Part shown: positions 9,564-17,978 of the stretch, one piece after another
How the letters are laid out: each line of letters opens with the position of its first letter
How positions within the stretch are numbered: the first letter of the stretch is position 1
From: a virus
Direction: 5' to 3' (one strand)
Length of the DNA: 64,000 bases
Virus record (IMG/VR): IMGVR_UViG_3300017613_002395
Program-made: the position numbers and the translations under genes
Notes under the pieces: model-generated
Database searches by the model: none
Seen by the model: the letters and a program-made list of their open reading frames with translations, nothing else
Told to the model about the DNA's origin: nothing

Positions 9564-10025
9564 ATGGACCCCAGTGCAGGAACAGATAAGACAACGAGCC
9601 TGGTGCGTTTGCTGGAGGCCCATGGCGTCCCGCTGGTGATTGTGGCAATGCTCTTATTGGGCATTGTTTGGATCACATGGCGCACATTCTGCAACAATGG
9701 CTGGTTGCGCTATTTGATAGATAGTGTAAAGGAGCTTGTCAATCGTTTGATCACGATGCTGCAAGATAACCTCCAGGCACAGAACGAGCAGTTGTGCAAA
9801 TTGGAGGAGTTGGAAAACAAGGCGTTGGAGCGATGTAAAGCACATGCCGAGAGCAGCGTTGAGTTTTTCAGTCATCACGAGATCATTATGGGGCAGAATG
9901 ATCAACTGATAAAAGCAGCTTTGAAAAGCTGTGATATGATGGATCAATTCTTCAGGGACATGGACCGACCGGAGTTGATTGGGAAGATGTCCGAAATTCG
10001 TGATATACTAAAACAGGAGGCTTAG
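9564..10025 (+). CDS. membrane-anchored coiled-coil protein
   Basis: ATG after GGGAGG. One TM segment (VPLVIVAMLLLGIVWITW) followed by coiled-coil. Confidence 0.45.
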   Translation: MDPSAGTDKTTSLVRLLEAHGVPLVIVAMLLLGIVWITWRTFCNNGWLRYLIDSVKELVNRLITMLQDNLQAQNEQLCKLEELENKALERCKAHAESSVEFFSHHEIIMGQNDQLIKAALKSCDMMDQFFRDMDRPELIGKMSEIRDILKQEA

Positions 10026-10075
10026 TCATGAAGGTTGTGATGGCAAAACACTTACTTTGTAAGGAGGAAGAATAG

Positions 10076-10384
10076 ATGGGTTACACGGACATTTACGCGG
10101 CGGCCACGACCGAGGAATCGACCCTGCGGCAGCAAGTCGCGGTGGCAATCCACAAGGCGGCGGTCGACGTGGTGAACGAATCGGCCAGCACGGAAAACCA
10201 CTCCGATCGCCTTTCCTGGGCCCGCAAGGTGTTGAGATCGGTCGAGGGCCCGATAACCGAGAGCGGCGCGTGGGTCTGGAAGGTGCTCGAAAACGCAACC
10301 ATCCAGGCGGCTCCGACAGCGGCCTCGGATAACGACGTGCAGTTCGTCATCAACAGTTTGGTCAACACCATGGCGGAGAAATAA
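10076..10384 (+). CDS. hypothetical protein (in GC-rich block)
   Basis: RBS AAGGAGG. 102 aa. Visibly higher GC than the flanks. Confidence 0.55.
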   Translation: MGYTDIYAAATTEESTLRQQVAVAIHKAAVDVVNESASTENHSDRLSWARKVLRSVEGPITESGAWVWKVLENATIQAAPTAASDNDVQFVINSLVNTMAEK

Positions 10385-10387
10385 GTA

Positions 10388-10963
10388 ATGGCAACCACCG
10401 ACATTTTACTTGCCGTTGGTACGCAGATCCGCTGCTGTGTGGCGGGGAGCCTTTCTCCGGCGGACGACGGCACGAACTTGACGATCGGCACCCCCGATGA
10501 TTACGCGTTGACTTTGGCGGGTGTTGCGGACACAGAGGCGAGGCAGAGTGCCAAGATCGACCTGGGGGAAACCCGCGCAGCGCAGTATGAAGTGCTGGGT
10601 TGCGTGGATTTCACCGGGGAGACTCCCGACGCTGTTGGCCAGATCGACTATTACTGGGCACCGTCGACGCACGCAACGGCAGCTAACGGCAACGTGGCGG
10701 GCAACTCAGGCGGTGATGCGGACTGTCCTGATGGGGCGCTCGGAACTATCACGCTTGCCGAGTTCCTGAAGCTGTGCATCCCGATCGGGTGCCTGTTGAC
10801 CCACGACGGGGCCTGCGTGCAGAACGGCTACGTCGGCCGGTTCAGCCCGCCGGGTCGCTATGGGCAGTTGATCGTCGTCAATAACAGCGGCGATGCGTTC
10901 GAGGATGACGACGTCGAGATGCACCAAGTCCTGAATCCGATTATCGACCAGTTCCAGGCATGA
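10388..10963 (+). CDS. hypothetical virion-type protein (in GC-rich block)
   Basis: 191 aa. Its stop overlaps the next start (ATGA). Confidence 0.55.
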   Translation: MATTDILLAVGTQIRCCVAGSLSPADDGTNLTIGTPDDYALTLAGVADTEARQSAKIDLGETRAAQYEVLGCVDFTGETPDAVGQIDYYWAPSTHATAANGNVAGNSGGDADCPDGALGTITLAEFLKLCIPIGCLLTHDGACVQNGYVGRFSPPGRYGQLIVVNNSGDAFEDDDVEMHQVLNPIIDQFQA

Positions 10964-13098
10964 GCGATCTGATCGTTCCACCTTTTGAAGGCGCGTTCGA
11001 TTACAACCCCGGCTGGGGCGGGCCTGCGCCCGTGCTCTGGCTGCACGCGGGGCATCAGGCGAACGTGGGCAACACGACGGCATTTGACCTGTCACCGCAG
11101 AAGCACCGCCTGACGTGGGCCGGCTCGACGACGGAGCGAAATGTCGTGACGGATCGGGGGCGGACGTACACGTTCGGCGGAACGGGCGTCCAGGACACGC
11201 TGGCCGCCGGCAACATCGGGGTCACGTTTGCAGGCGCGTCGCCCTTCGCGGCGCTCGCGTGGGTGACTACTGCCTCGGCGGACGACGCGAGAATCATCTG
11301 TGGGACGGGCTACGACGACGGCTGGTATTTGCGAATGGAGTCCGACGGCAAGCTCCGCGCGAAACTCGACGACGGCACGAACGACGCCCACGAAGTCACA
11401 AGCGAAACGATCGACGACGGCGAGCCGCATCAAGTGGGACTCGTACTGACCACCACGCGATTGTGGACCATTCTCGATGGGCAGGTGATCAAAGACATCA
11501 GCCGAGGCACGGTCGGCGCGATGGTGAGTGATGTTTCGATCGGATTTTGCAGCGGCGCGAATAGATTTCATAACTATTGGGATGGACAGATTGCGAGCCT
11601 GGCCATCTTTCCCGGTGCGATCACGCCCGCACAGATTTGGCAGCACTACACCTCCAGTCTCGACGGCAGCCCCGGCTGCCTGGCCGCGCCGATTGCGCGG
11701 AGGGTGTTTGCATCGGCTGTGGTGGAGGAGGAGAGTTCCAGTTCGATTAGCACGAGTATCTCATCCCAAAGTAGTCATTCTAGCTTTTCATCATATTCGG
11801 TTACATCTAGTACAAGCTCTATCAGTGGGTACAGCAGCGAGTCATCATCCCCCAGCAGCACATCATCTCCCAGTAGTGCATCGTCACAATCGTCGTTGAG
11901 CAGTTTGTCCAGTCCGTCCTCTTCGTCCATCAGCACAAGTAGCCCATCGTCGAGTAGCTCATCAATTTCGTCCACATCATCCTCTTCGTCAATAAGTACA
12001 AGCAGTGTTTCCAGTACCAGCTCGATTAGTACAAGCAGTGTGTCGTCGGTCAGCAGTCCATCATCCAAAAGCAGTGTTTCCAGTTCCAGTTCTAGTTCGA
12101 TCAGCACAAGCAGTCCATCGTCAACAAGCAGTTCGGTCAGTTCCAGTTCCAGTTCGATTAGTACAAGCAGTCCATCATCTCCAAGCAGCCAATCGTCCCA
12201 AAGCAGTGTTTCCAGTACCAGTTCTAGTTCAATCAGCACAAGCAGCCCATCGTCAACAAGCAGTTCGGTCAGTTCCAGTTCCAGCTCGATTAGTACAAGC
12301 AGCCCATCATCTCTAAGCAGTCCATCATCTCTAAGCAGTCCATCATCCAAAAGCAGTGTTTCCAGTTCCAGTTCGATCAGTACGAGTAGTGTTTCCAGCA
12401 GCCAATCGGCATCATCACAGTCGTCGAGTTCGATAAGCACAAGCAGTTCATCGCAGAGCAGCTTATCCTCAGCGTCATCAACATCTTCTTCGTCAATAAG
12501 CACAAGCAGTGTTTCCAGTTCTAGTTCGATCAGCACAAGCTCAAGCAGCCCATCATCTTTAAGCAGCCCGTCATCACAATCGTCGTTGAGCAGTTTGTCC
12601 AGTACGTCAAGCAGTTTATCATCTTCAAGCAGCCCGTCATCACTATCGTCGTTGAGCAGTTTGTCCAGTACGTCAAGCAGTTTATCATCTTCAAGCAGCC
12701 CATCATCTTCAAGCAGTCAATCAAGCAGTTCATCCAGCCAATCATTATCGCCAAGTAGCACGTCGTCGGTCAGCAGCCTATCGTCTTCAAGCAGCCCGTC
12801 ATCCCAAAGCAGTCAATCAAGTAGCCCATCGTCGTTGAGCAGCTCTATCAGTAGCTTGTCTTCGATGAGCAGTTCCTCCAGCAGCCAACCATCGTCGAGC
12901 AGTTCGGGGGGAACGTCATCATCATCGAGTAGTGAATCATCTAGTTCTAGTTCCAGTCCTGGTGTTGTGGACTGGCCTGATTCTAAATCGGTGACGAAGA
13001 TGGGGCCTTGTTCTGTGGTGGTTGATGGTATGGGGCCATTCAGCAAAACGATATCGGGTTTGGGGCCCGCTTCGGCTACAATATCTAAGGGAGTATGA
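10960..13098 (+). CDS. LamG (concanavalin-A-like lectin) domain protein with a ~400-aa Ser-rich tract; fibre or decoration candidate
   Basis: LamG_3-like pattern (ALAWVTTASADDARIICG...DDGEPHQVGLVL...DGQIASLAIFPGAITPAQIWQHY), followed by SSSISTSS repeats. Confidence 0.7.
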   Translation: MSDLIVPPFEGAFDYNPGWGGPAPVLWLHAGHQANVGNTTAFDLSPQKHRLTWAGSTTERNVVTDRGRTYTFGGTGVQDTLAAGNIGVTFAGASPFAALAWVTTASADDARIICGTGYDDGWYLRMESDGKLRAKLDDGTNDAHEVTSETIDDGEPHQVGLVLTTTRLWTILDGQVIKDISRGTVGAMVSDVSIGFCSGANRFHNYWDGQIASLAIFPGAITPAQIWQHYTSSLDGSPGCLAAPIARRVFASAVVEEESSSSISTSISSQSSHSSFSSYSVTSSTSSISGYSSESSSPSSTSSPSSASSQSSLSSLSSPSSSSISTSSPSSSSSSISSTSSSSSISTSSVSSTSSISTSSVSSVSSPSSKSSVSSSSSSSISTSSPSSTSSSVSSSSSSISTSSPSSPSSQSSQSSVSSTSSSSISTSSPSSTSSSVSSSSSSISTSSPSSLSSPSSLSSPSSKSSVSSSSSISTSSVSSSQSASSQSSSSISTSSSSQSSLSSASSTSSSSISTSSVSSSSSISTSSSSPSSLSSPSSQSSLSSLSSTSSSLSSSSSPSSLSSLSSLSSTSSSLSSSSSPSSSSSQSSSSSSQSLSPSSTSSVSSLSSSSSPSSQSSQSSSPSSLSSSISSLSSMSSSSSSQPSSSSSGGTSSSSSSESSSSSSSPGVVDWPDSKSVTKMGPCSVVVDGMGPFSKTISGLGPASATISKGV
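11734..12957 (+). repeat. Ser-rich tract S1 with higher-order tandem repeats (~126-nt and 66-nt units)
   Basis: Near-pure Ser with a recurring SSISTSS motif. The core agttcgatcagcacaagc is shared with S2 and S3. Confidence 0.9.
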
Positions 13099-13099
13099 T

Positions 13100-13435
13100 A
13101 TGTCCTTGATCTATGCATACAAAGCCAGGGGGATGAAGCGGGCCCTTGCCATCAAGAATGCCGATGGTGAAACCATTACACCGGGATCAAATGACCTGGT
13201 CCGGATTACCATAGGGAGAGAGGGCGAGACGGCTAAGCTCACGGTGACTTCGGGGACGCCCACGTCCAATGGCAGTAGCGTGACAAAGGGGGCGAGCAAC
13301 GTGCTGAGGCTGGATGGTGGAGACCTTGACTTTGATCCGGGCACGTACACGCTCAAGGTTGATTATTTTGACAATGCCGATAGTCAGGAATGGAAAAACG
13401 TAGACCGACAGGTTTTTGTTTTGGAAGGGGAATGA
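13100..13435 (+). CDS. small Ig-like/beta-rich virion protein
   Basis: ATG after AAGGGAG, inside ORF 13022..13435. 111 aa. Confidence 0.5.
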   Translation: MSLIYAYKARGMKRALAIKNADGETITPGSNDLVRITIGREGETAKLTVTSGTPTSNGSSVTKGASNVLRLDGGDLDFDPGTYTLKVDYFDNADSQEWKNVDRQVFVLEGE

Positions 13436-13436
13436 G

Positions 13437-14051
13437 ATGATCACCGAGTTTATGATGGTGGGTGGTTTGTTGTTTTGGGGGTTTTTGTTCCTCATAAGTT
13501 TGACGCTCATTGCTTGTGTGGAATCAGAACAGAGTTGGGGTTGGGGGCTGTTCCTGTTAGTTGTTGTGGGTGCTGTTTTGATGTTGTTTAGTGATGCTTG
13601 GGTATGGGTGAAAGAGAATCCATTGCTTGTTGTGGGGTTGATTGTGGGGTACATGCTGGTTGGGGTTGCGTGGACAATCCCTCGTTGGATCATTTTCCTG
13701 CGACGTGTGCGGACCAAGTTGAAACAAGCCAGAGTGCGTTTCTGTGACAAGAATGGATTAGATTGTGGGCCAGGGGAGCGGTTGCCACAGGAGCACTGGA
13801 AGGCGTGGTCCGATGAGGTGTGTTGGCGTTTTGTGCGGTATGGCATATCGTTCGATGCTGATAAGGGCGAACTGAATCCACCCTCCTTCTCGGTCAACCG
13901 GGATATGATCATTGTCTGGGCACAGCTCTGGCCCTGGAGTGTTTTCTGGACAATCTTCCGTGAGATTGTCATGGAGTTCATTGAGACCGTGGTGGATTGG
14001 TGGGGCCAGTTATACGGCCGACTGTCTGAATGGTTCTTCAAAGACATTTGA
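13437..14051 (+). CDS. multi-pass membrane protein
   Basis: ATG after GGAAGGGG. At least three hydrophobic segments at the N-terminus. Confidence 0.5.
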   Translation: MITEFMMVGGLLFWGFLFLISLTLIACVESEQSWGWGLFLLVVVGAVLMLFSDAWVWVKENPLLVVGLIVGYMLVGVAWTIPRWIIFLRRVRTKLKQARVRFCDKNGLDCGPGERLPQEHWKAWSDEVCWRFVRYGISFDADKGELNPPSFSVNRDMIIVWAQLWPWSVFWTIFREIVMEFIETVVDWWGQLYGRLSEWFFKDI

Positions 14052-14060
14052 GGTTGTGAC

Positions 14061-14861
14061 ATGGGACAGATTGTAGATATCAGCGAAGTGCTACTCCGCC
14101 TCGGTTTATCATCTTCGGTGACTGAAGAGGAGAGGGCCATTGTAGGAGCAGCACTGCAGGAGGCCGAAGGTGAGGTGAAGCGGCATCTGCGATACGATCC
14201 GGCCCAGGCGTCCCGAACCGAATTCTACCCGCAGCAGATGATCGGGGCATCTTCACGAGAGGGTGCGTGGGAATCGACAAACACAGAGGCATACATACGC
14301 CGTGTGAGTGAATCGGCTACAAGTGAGTTGTTTGTGCGTCACCTGCCAATTCGGAGTAGTCCAGCCATTGACCTCCGGATTGATTACGATGGCAAGGCAG
14401 GGGCCAAGACAGGGGCCTTTGCTGTCACCACGAAGAAAGTTGAGGGCACTGATTTTTGGCCCAATTACGACATGCTGGATTCGGATGGGCATGGGGTTTG
14501 TCGTGATGGAATAGTAAGATCCATTGGTTTGTGGCCAACCGAGGCAGGGTCGGTGAAGATTGCCTACACGGCTGGGTACACGGATTCCGAGTTGCATGGA
14601 CAGGATACAATGATAGATGCTTCACCCATCATGGGGGCAATAATTGGAGAAGCCATCCGCCGGGCGAAGATCATATTCACAAACATGAAGACATCTCGTG
14701 GGTGGGCAGCCGGCAATTTGAATAGTGAGAGCTTGGGTGATTACAGCTATTCGACCGATGGTTCTGGGGCCGGTGTCACTCTGAGCAACGCTACGCTGCT
14801 TGGAACCACAAAAGAGAAGCTGGCTGATTTTGTTAATTGGGGGTTTTCCTTGGGAGGCTAA
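14061..14861 (+). CDS. head-tail connector (gp6-like N-terminus) protein
   Basis: N-terminus ISEVLLRLGLSSSVTEEERAIVGAALQEAEGEVKRHL resembles the gp6/QLRG connector family. Confidence 0.4.
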   Translation: MGQIVDISEVLLRLGLSSSVTEEERAIVGAALQEAEGEVKRHLRYDPAQASRTEFYPQQMIGASSREGAWESTNTEAYIRRVSESATSELFVRHLPIRSSPAIDLRIDYDGKAGAKTGAFAVTTKKVEGTDFWPNYDMLDSDGHGVCRDGIVRSIGLWPTEAGSVKIAYTAGYTDSELHGQDTMIDASPIMGAIIGEAIRRAKIIFTNMKTSRGWAAGNLNSESLGDYSYSTDGSGAGVTLSNATLLGTTKEKLADFVNWGFSLGG

Positions 14862-14872
14862 TTGGGAGTTGA

Positions 14873-15235
14873 TTGGTGAGTTTGTTAGACAACCTACCGC
14901 ATCGTTGTACTATAAGACGACGGACCCGTGCAAAGGGCTCGTTGGGTGGCTCCAAGGATTCGTATACGATTGAGCAGACCAGTGTGGAGTGTTGGCAGCA
15001 GCCGGCTGGTGATAGTGAGATTGCTGAATTCCAGAAGGATGGTGTCAGCATTTCGCACAAGGTCTACTTTGTTGCTAACCCTTCGGTTACCAGCAGGCAT
15101 CAGTTGCTGATAACTTATTGGGATGGGGCTGTGGTCAGCACCCCCGTTCCTCTGGATGTGGTAAGTCATTCGGTGCCCGATGCATCTGCTGGGATGGGCG
15201 TCGTTTGGCGGGTTTTTTGCAATGAGGTGAGATGA
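14873..15235 (+). CDS. head closure / head-tail adaptor protein
   Basis: 120 aa. The pattern CTIRRRTR...YTIEQTSVECWQQP...ISHKVYF resembles SPP1 gp16-type head closure proteins. Confidence 0.4.
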   Translation: MVSLLDNLPHRCTIRRRTRAKGSLGGSKDSYTIEQTSVECWQQPAGDSEIAEFQKDGVSISHKVYFVANPSVTSRHQLLITYWDGAVVSTPVPLDVVSHSVPDASAGMGVVWRVFCNEVR

Positions 15236-15594
15236 TGCGTGTTGTGTGTGAGTCATTTGAGGATTTCCTTGCTGATGTTCAATTTCAGATTAAGGAGAAC
15301 GGGCCAAAGGCAGTTGCCGACAAGACAATTCGGTTATCTACGACAAAGCACCCAGTTGGTGAGGGCGAAGGAAAAGAAGCAGTTCGTCTTATGGTTACGA
15401 TGCACTGTTCTGCTATTATTGTGTCGGGAGAGGTGGGATACCTGCTGGAAGCAGGTGAGGAGTGTGGCATTGATTACAATGATGCTACGCAAGAGAAGAA
15501 TGGATCAAAAGCAATGGGTGTTAAAGTTGCTGCCCTGGGCGACTTTTGTGATTCTGCTGGGCTGGTTATTAGACCTGGTGTTATTGAAATGTAG
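15232..15594 (+). CDS. hypothetical protein
   Basis: ATGA junction with the previous gene. 120 aa. Confidence 0.5.
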   Translation: MMRVVCESFEDFLADVQFQIKENGPKAVADKTIRLSTTKHPVGEGEGKEAVRLMVTMHCSAIIVSGEVGYLLEAGEECGIDYNDATQEKNGSKAMGVKVAALGDFCDSAGLVIRPGVIEM

Positions 15595-15605
15595 AGGAGA
15601 ACGCG

Positions 15606-15992
15606 ATGCCGGATGAGACCTACCATGATTCAAATGTTGATGCCAAGAATCATTTCATGGAGAGCTTTGAGAAGGCCACATTGGAGGATGATGGTCGATG
15701 GATGGGGGCTTTGTGGCGAGTGAAGGATGGGAAGATTCAGCTCATTCAGCTCACTACCCACAAATTTCCCAAGGGTGATTTTCTGGCTGCCGTTGCTCAT
15801 TTAAGCAATTCGCTGTTTGAGCGGATTAAGGAAGTTGGATTGACACTGCCCACCAATCCCCTGCCACCCCCGCCCCAGTTCAATTTGGTGGATGGAGATG
15901 GTGAGGATCGGAAACCGACAGTGGCATTGAATCCCTATGAAGAAAAGGACCCGGAGGATGGGGCCGAGGGGCGTGGACCCGATGGTGAATAA
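15606..15992 (+). CDS. hypothetical protein
   Basis: RBS GAGGAGA. 128 aa. Confidence 0.45.
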   Translation: MPDETYHDSNVDAKNHFMESFEKATLEDDGRWMGALWRVKDGKIQLIQLTTHKFPKGDFLAAVAHLSNSLFERIKEVGLTLPTNPLPPPPQFNLVDGDGEDRKPTVALNPYEEKDPEDGAEGRGPDGE

Positions 15993-16368
15993 GCTGCGAT
16001 ACTGGTGGCGGTTTCGTCGGGAGTCACGTCGATTTGCAGCCGATTTTGAGCAGGCCACCAGATGGAAACGAGAAGCGCTTCGATGCTTGCAGGATCTGAG
16101 TCGCAGCACAAAGCGACTGGAGCAGTTGTTGGCACGGGTGCAGGAAGAAGCCGAAGACGTTGCTGAGAAGTTAGCCGACACGGATAAGCTGGTGAAGAGC
16201 TATGATTACGCCGAGGAGGCGTTGAATAACAAGCTCTTGGTGATGGAAGAGGCCCTCAAAGACATGACGTTGCTGAGGGAAATGACCCGAGAGCAGGTCA
16301 AGGCTGATATAGCTGTACATGCAGCTAGACAAGAGGCCCTGGCGCACACTGAGAGGAGGGACGAATGA
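15982..16368 (+). CDS. coiled-coil protein
   Basis: Internal ATG of ORF 15937..16368, chosen to minimise overlap. Start uncertain. Confidence 0.35.
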   Translation: MVNKLRYWWRFRRESRRFAADFEQATRWKREALRCLQDLSRSTKRLEQLLARVQEEAEDVAEKLADTDKLVKSYDYAEEALNNKLLVMEEALKDMTLLREMTREQVKADIAVHAARQEALAHTERRDE

Positions 16369-17966
16369 GTGTTTTGAAAAAGGCTTTTGGCTCAAGTCGG
16401 GCTTTGTCAGTTGTGGCACATGATCGATCCTACCGAATCAAGGCCGGCGGTGTGGGCAGCACATTGACCGCACCCACAAACTTCGGTGGGATGACTGATT
16501 GGGCTAATCAGCGTGGGTATTCGGAGAAGTACGGCCTATTTCATTCGTGGTTGTACTCGGCAATCAATGCTGTTGCTTCCGAAGCGGCTGGCCAGCCCGT
16601 CTGTGTTGGTCAGATGAAGGGCAAGGAGACAAAAAAGAAGGAACAGCAGGAGAAGTTGGTCATTGTGAAATCGAAGATGACCACCACGGCAAGGAGTAAG
16701 ACCGCCAACCAGGAGTTGGAGGTGCTTGGGGATTCGCCCCTCCGGGGTGTCTTGGAGAATCCCAATCCCATTCAGGGCAGATGGCAGTTTGTTTATGCAG
16801 CTGTTACTAATCTGTGTTTGACGGGATGGTCATACATTGTCTATGGCAAGACCAAGGAGGGGTTGGAGTTGTATGCTCTGCCAACGACCTGGGTGACCCC
16901 ATGCCACGAAAAGGGCGCCTTTGCCCAATTCAAAGTATCTAATCCCAAGCGACGAGCAGTGGGGGCTGAACCCGTTGTGTTGGGCAGGGACAACGTGGGG
17001 TTCATGCACTTGCCCAATCCCAGCGATCCGCTGAGTGCCATGGCCCCGGCATCGGCTGAGATGATGGCCATTCGGATCAATGATCATATCTGGACTAGCC
17101 GTGAACAGTTTTTCAGCAACGGGATTTTCCCTTCGGTGATCGTGACCATTGGCAAAGAGCCACACCCCGAAGTCGCAGGGGGTATCCGGCCCAGGCTGAC
17201 GGGTTCGCAGCGGAGGCAGGTAAAAGGGGCCATCAGCAAGGTGATGGGAGGTGTGGCCAACTATGGCAACCCAGCGATCGTGGATGGTTTGATCGAGAAG
17301 ATTGAACGGCTGAGCATGACGCAGAATGAGATGGGATGGGACAAGTCTGAGGAGTCAGTCAAACGGTCGATCCTCTCTGCCTATGGTGTTCATCCCTACA
17401 TTTTGAATGAGGCGCTGAACGTTGGTGGATATGCACAGGCCACAAACATTGAGAAGCGTTTTCACAAACGGGTCAACACGTATTTGGACATGCTTGGCAA
17501 CGTAGTGACAAATTTGGTGGGCAATGCTGAGGAGGACGAGGAAAGCAGTCTGTTGGTTTGGTGGGAGAAGTGTGAGAGTCAAGATCCTCAACAGCGAAAC
17601 TCGATGCTTCGATTTGCCAGGCAGAACAATGACATCAGCCAGAACGAATTTCGGGCTGAGTTGGGGTTTGCTCCTGATGAAGATTGCAACGAGTCGGTAA
17701 TTGACAAATCATCCATTCCTGGCATTGTTAATCTGCTTGGCCAGGTGGGGCAGGGGAGCATCACGCCGGAGCAGGCAAGAGCCGTAATGGAGGGCCTTGG
17801 CATTCCGTCCGATATGGCCAAGAAGATTGCGGGCAAGGCTAAGGAGGTAGCAGCCGTGCAGCAGGCGACTGGTGCATTGCAGGAGGCGACCGAGGAGCTT
17901 CGGCAGACACCGGAGGAGGAAGTTGAGAAGTTGGCGAATCTGATATTGAAGGCCGCCCAAAGCTGA
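16365..17966 (+). CDS. portal protein
   Basis: 533 aa. Size and position fit (upstream of MuF, protease and capsid), with an HK97-type portal-like central region. Confidence 0.7.
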   Translation: MSVLKKAFGSSRALSVVAHDRSYRIKAGGVGSTLTAPTNFGGMTDWANQRGYSEKYGLFHSWLYSAINAVASEAAGQPVCVGQMKGKETKKKEQQEKLVIVKSKMTTTARSKTANQELEVLGDSPLRGVLENPNPIQGRWQFVYAAVTNLCLTGWSYIVYGKTKEGLELYALPTTWVTPCHEKGAFAQFKVSNPKRRAVGAEPVVLGRDNVGFMHLPNPSDPLSAMAPASAEMMAIRINDHIWTSREQFFSNGIFPSVIVTIGKEPHPEVAGGIRPRLTGSQRRQVKGAISKVMGGVANYGNPAIVDGLIEKIERLSMTQNEMGWDKSEESVKRSILSAYGVHPYILNEALNVGGYAQATNIEKRFHKRVNTYLDMLGNVVTNLVGNAEEDEESSLLVWWEKCESQDPQQRNSMLRFARQNNDISQNEFRAELGFAPDEDCNESVIDKSSIPGIVNLLGQVGQGSITPEQARAVMEGLGIPSDMAKKIAGKAKEVAAVQQATGALQEATEELRQTPEEEVEKLANLILKAAQS

Positions 17967-17978
17967 TAAGGATTTGAT

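Noticed and set aside
11775-12536. 253-aa minus-strand ORF rich in LELELE/LVLIEL repeats. Similar ORFs occur at 12530-12754, 23593-24162 and 36665-36904.
   Set aside because: These are the reverse complement of the Ser-codon repeats (AGC/AGT/TCG read as GCT/ACT/CGA). They are low-complexity, have no start context, and lie fully inside well-supported plus-strand genes.
13187-14140. 317-aa minus-strand ORF.
   Set aside because: Ser/Thr/Pro/Asn-rich translation with no motif. It overlaps three coherent plus-strand genes that have RBSs and coupled junctions.
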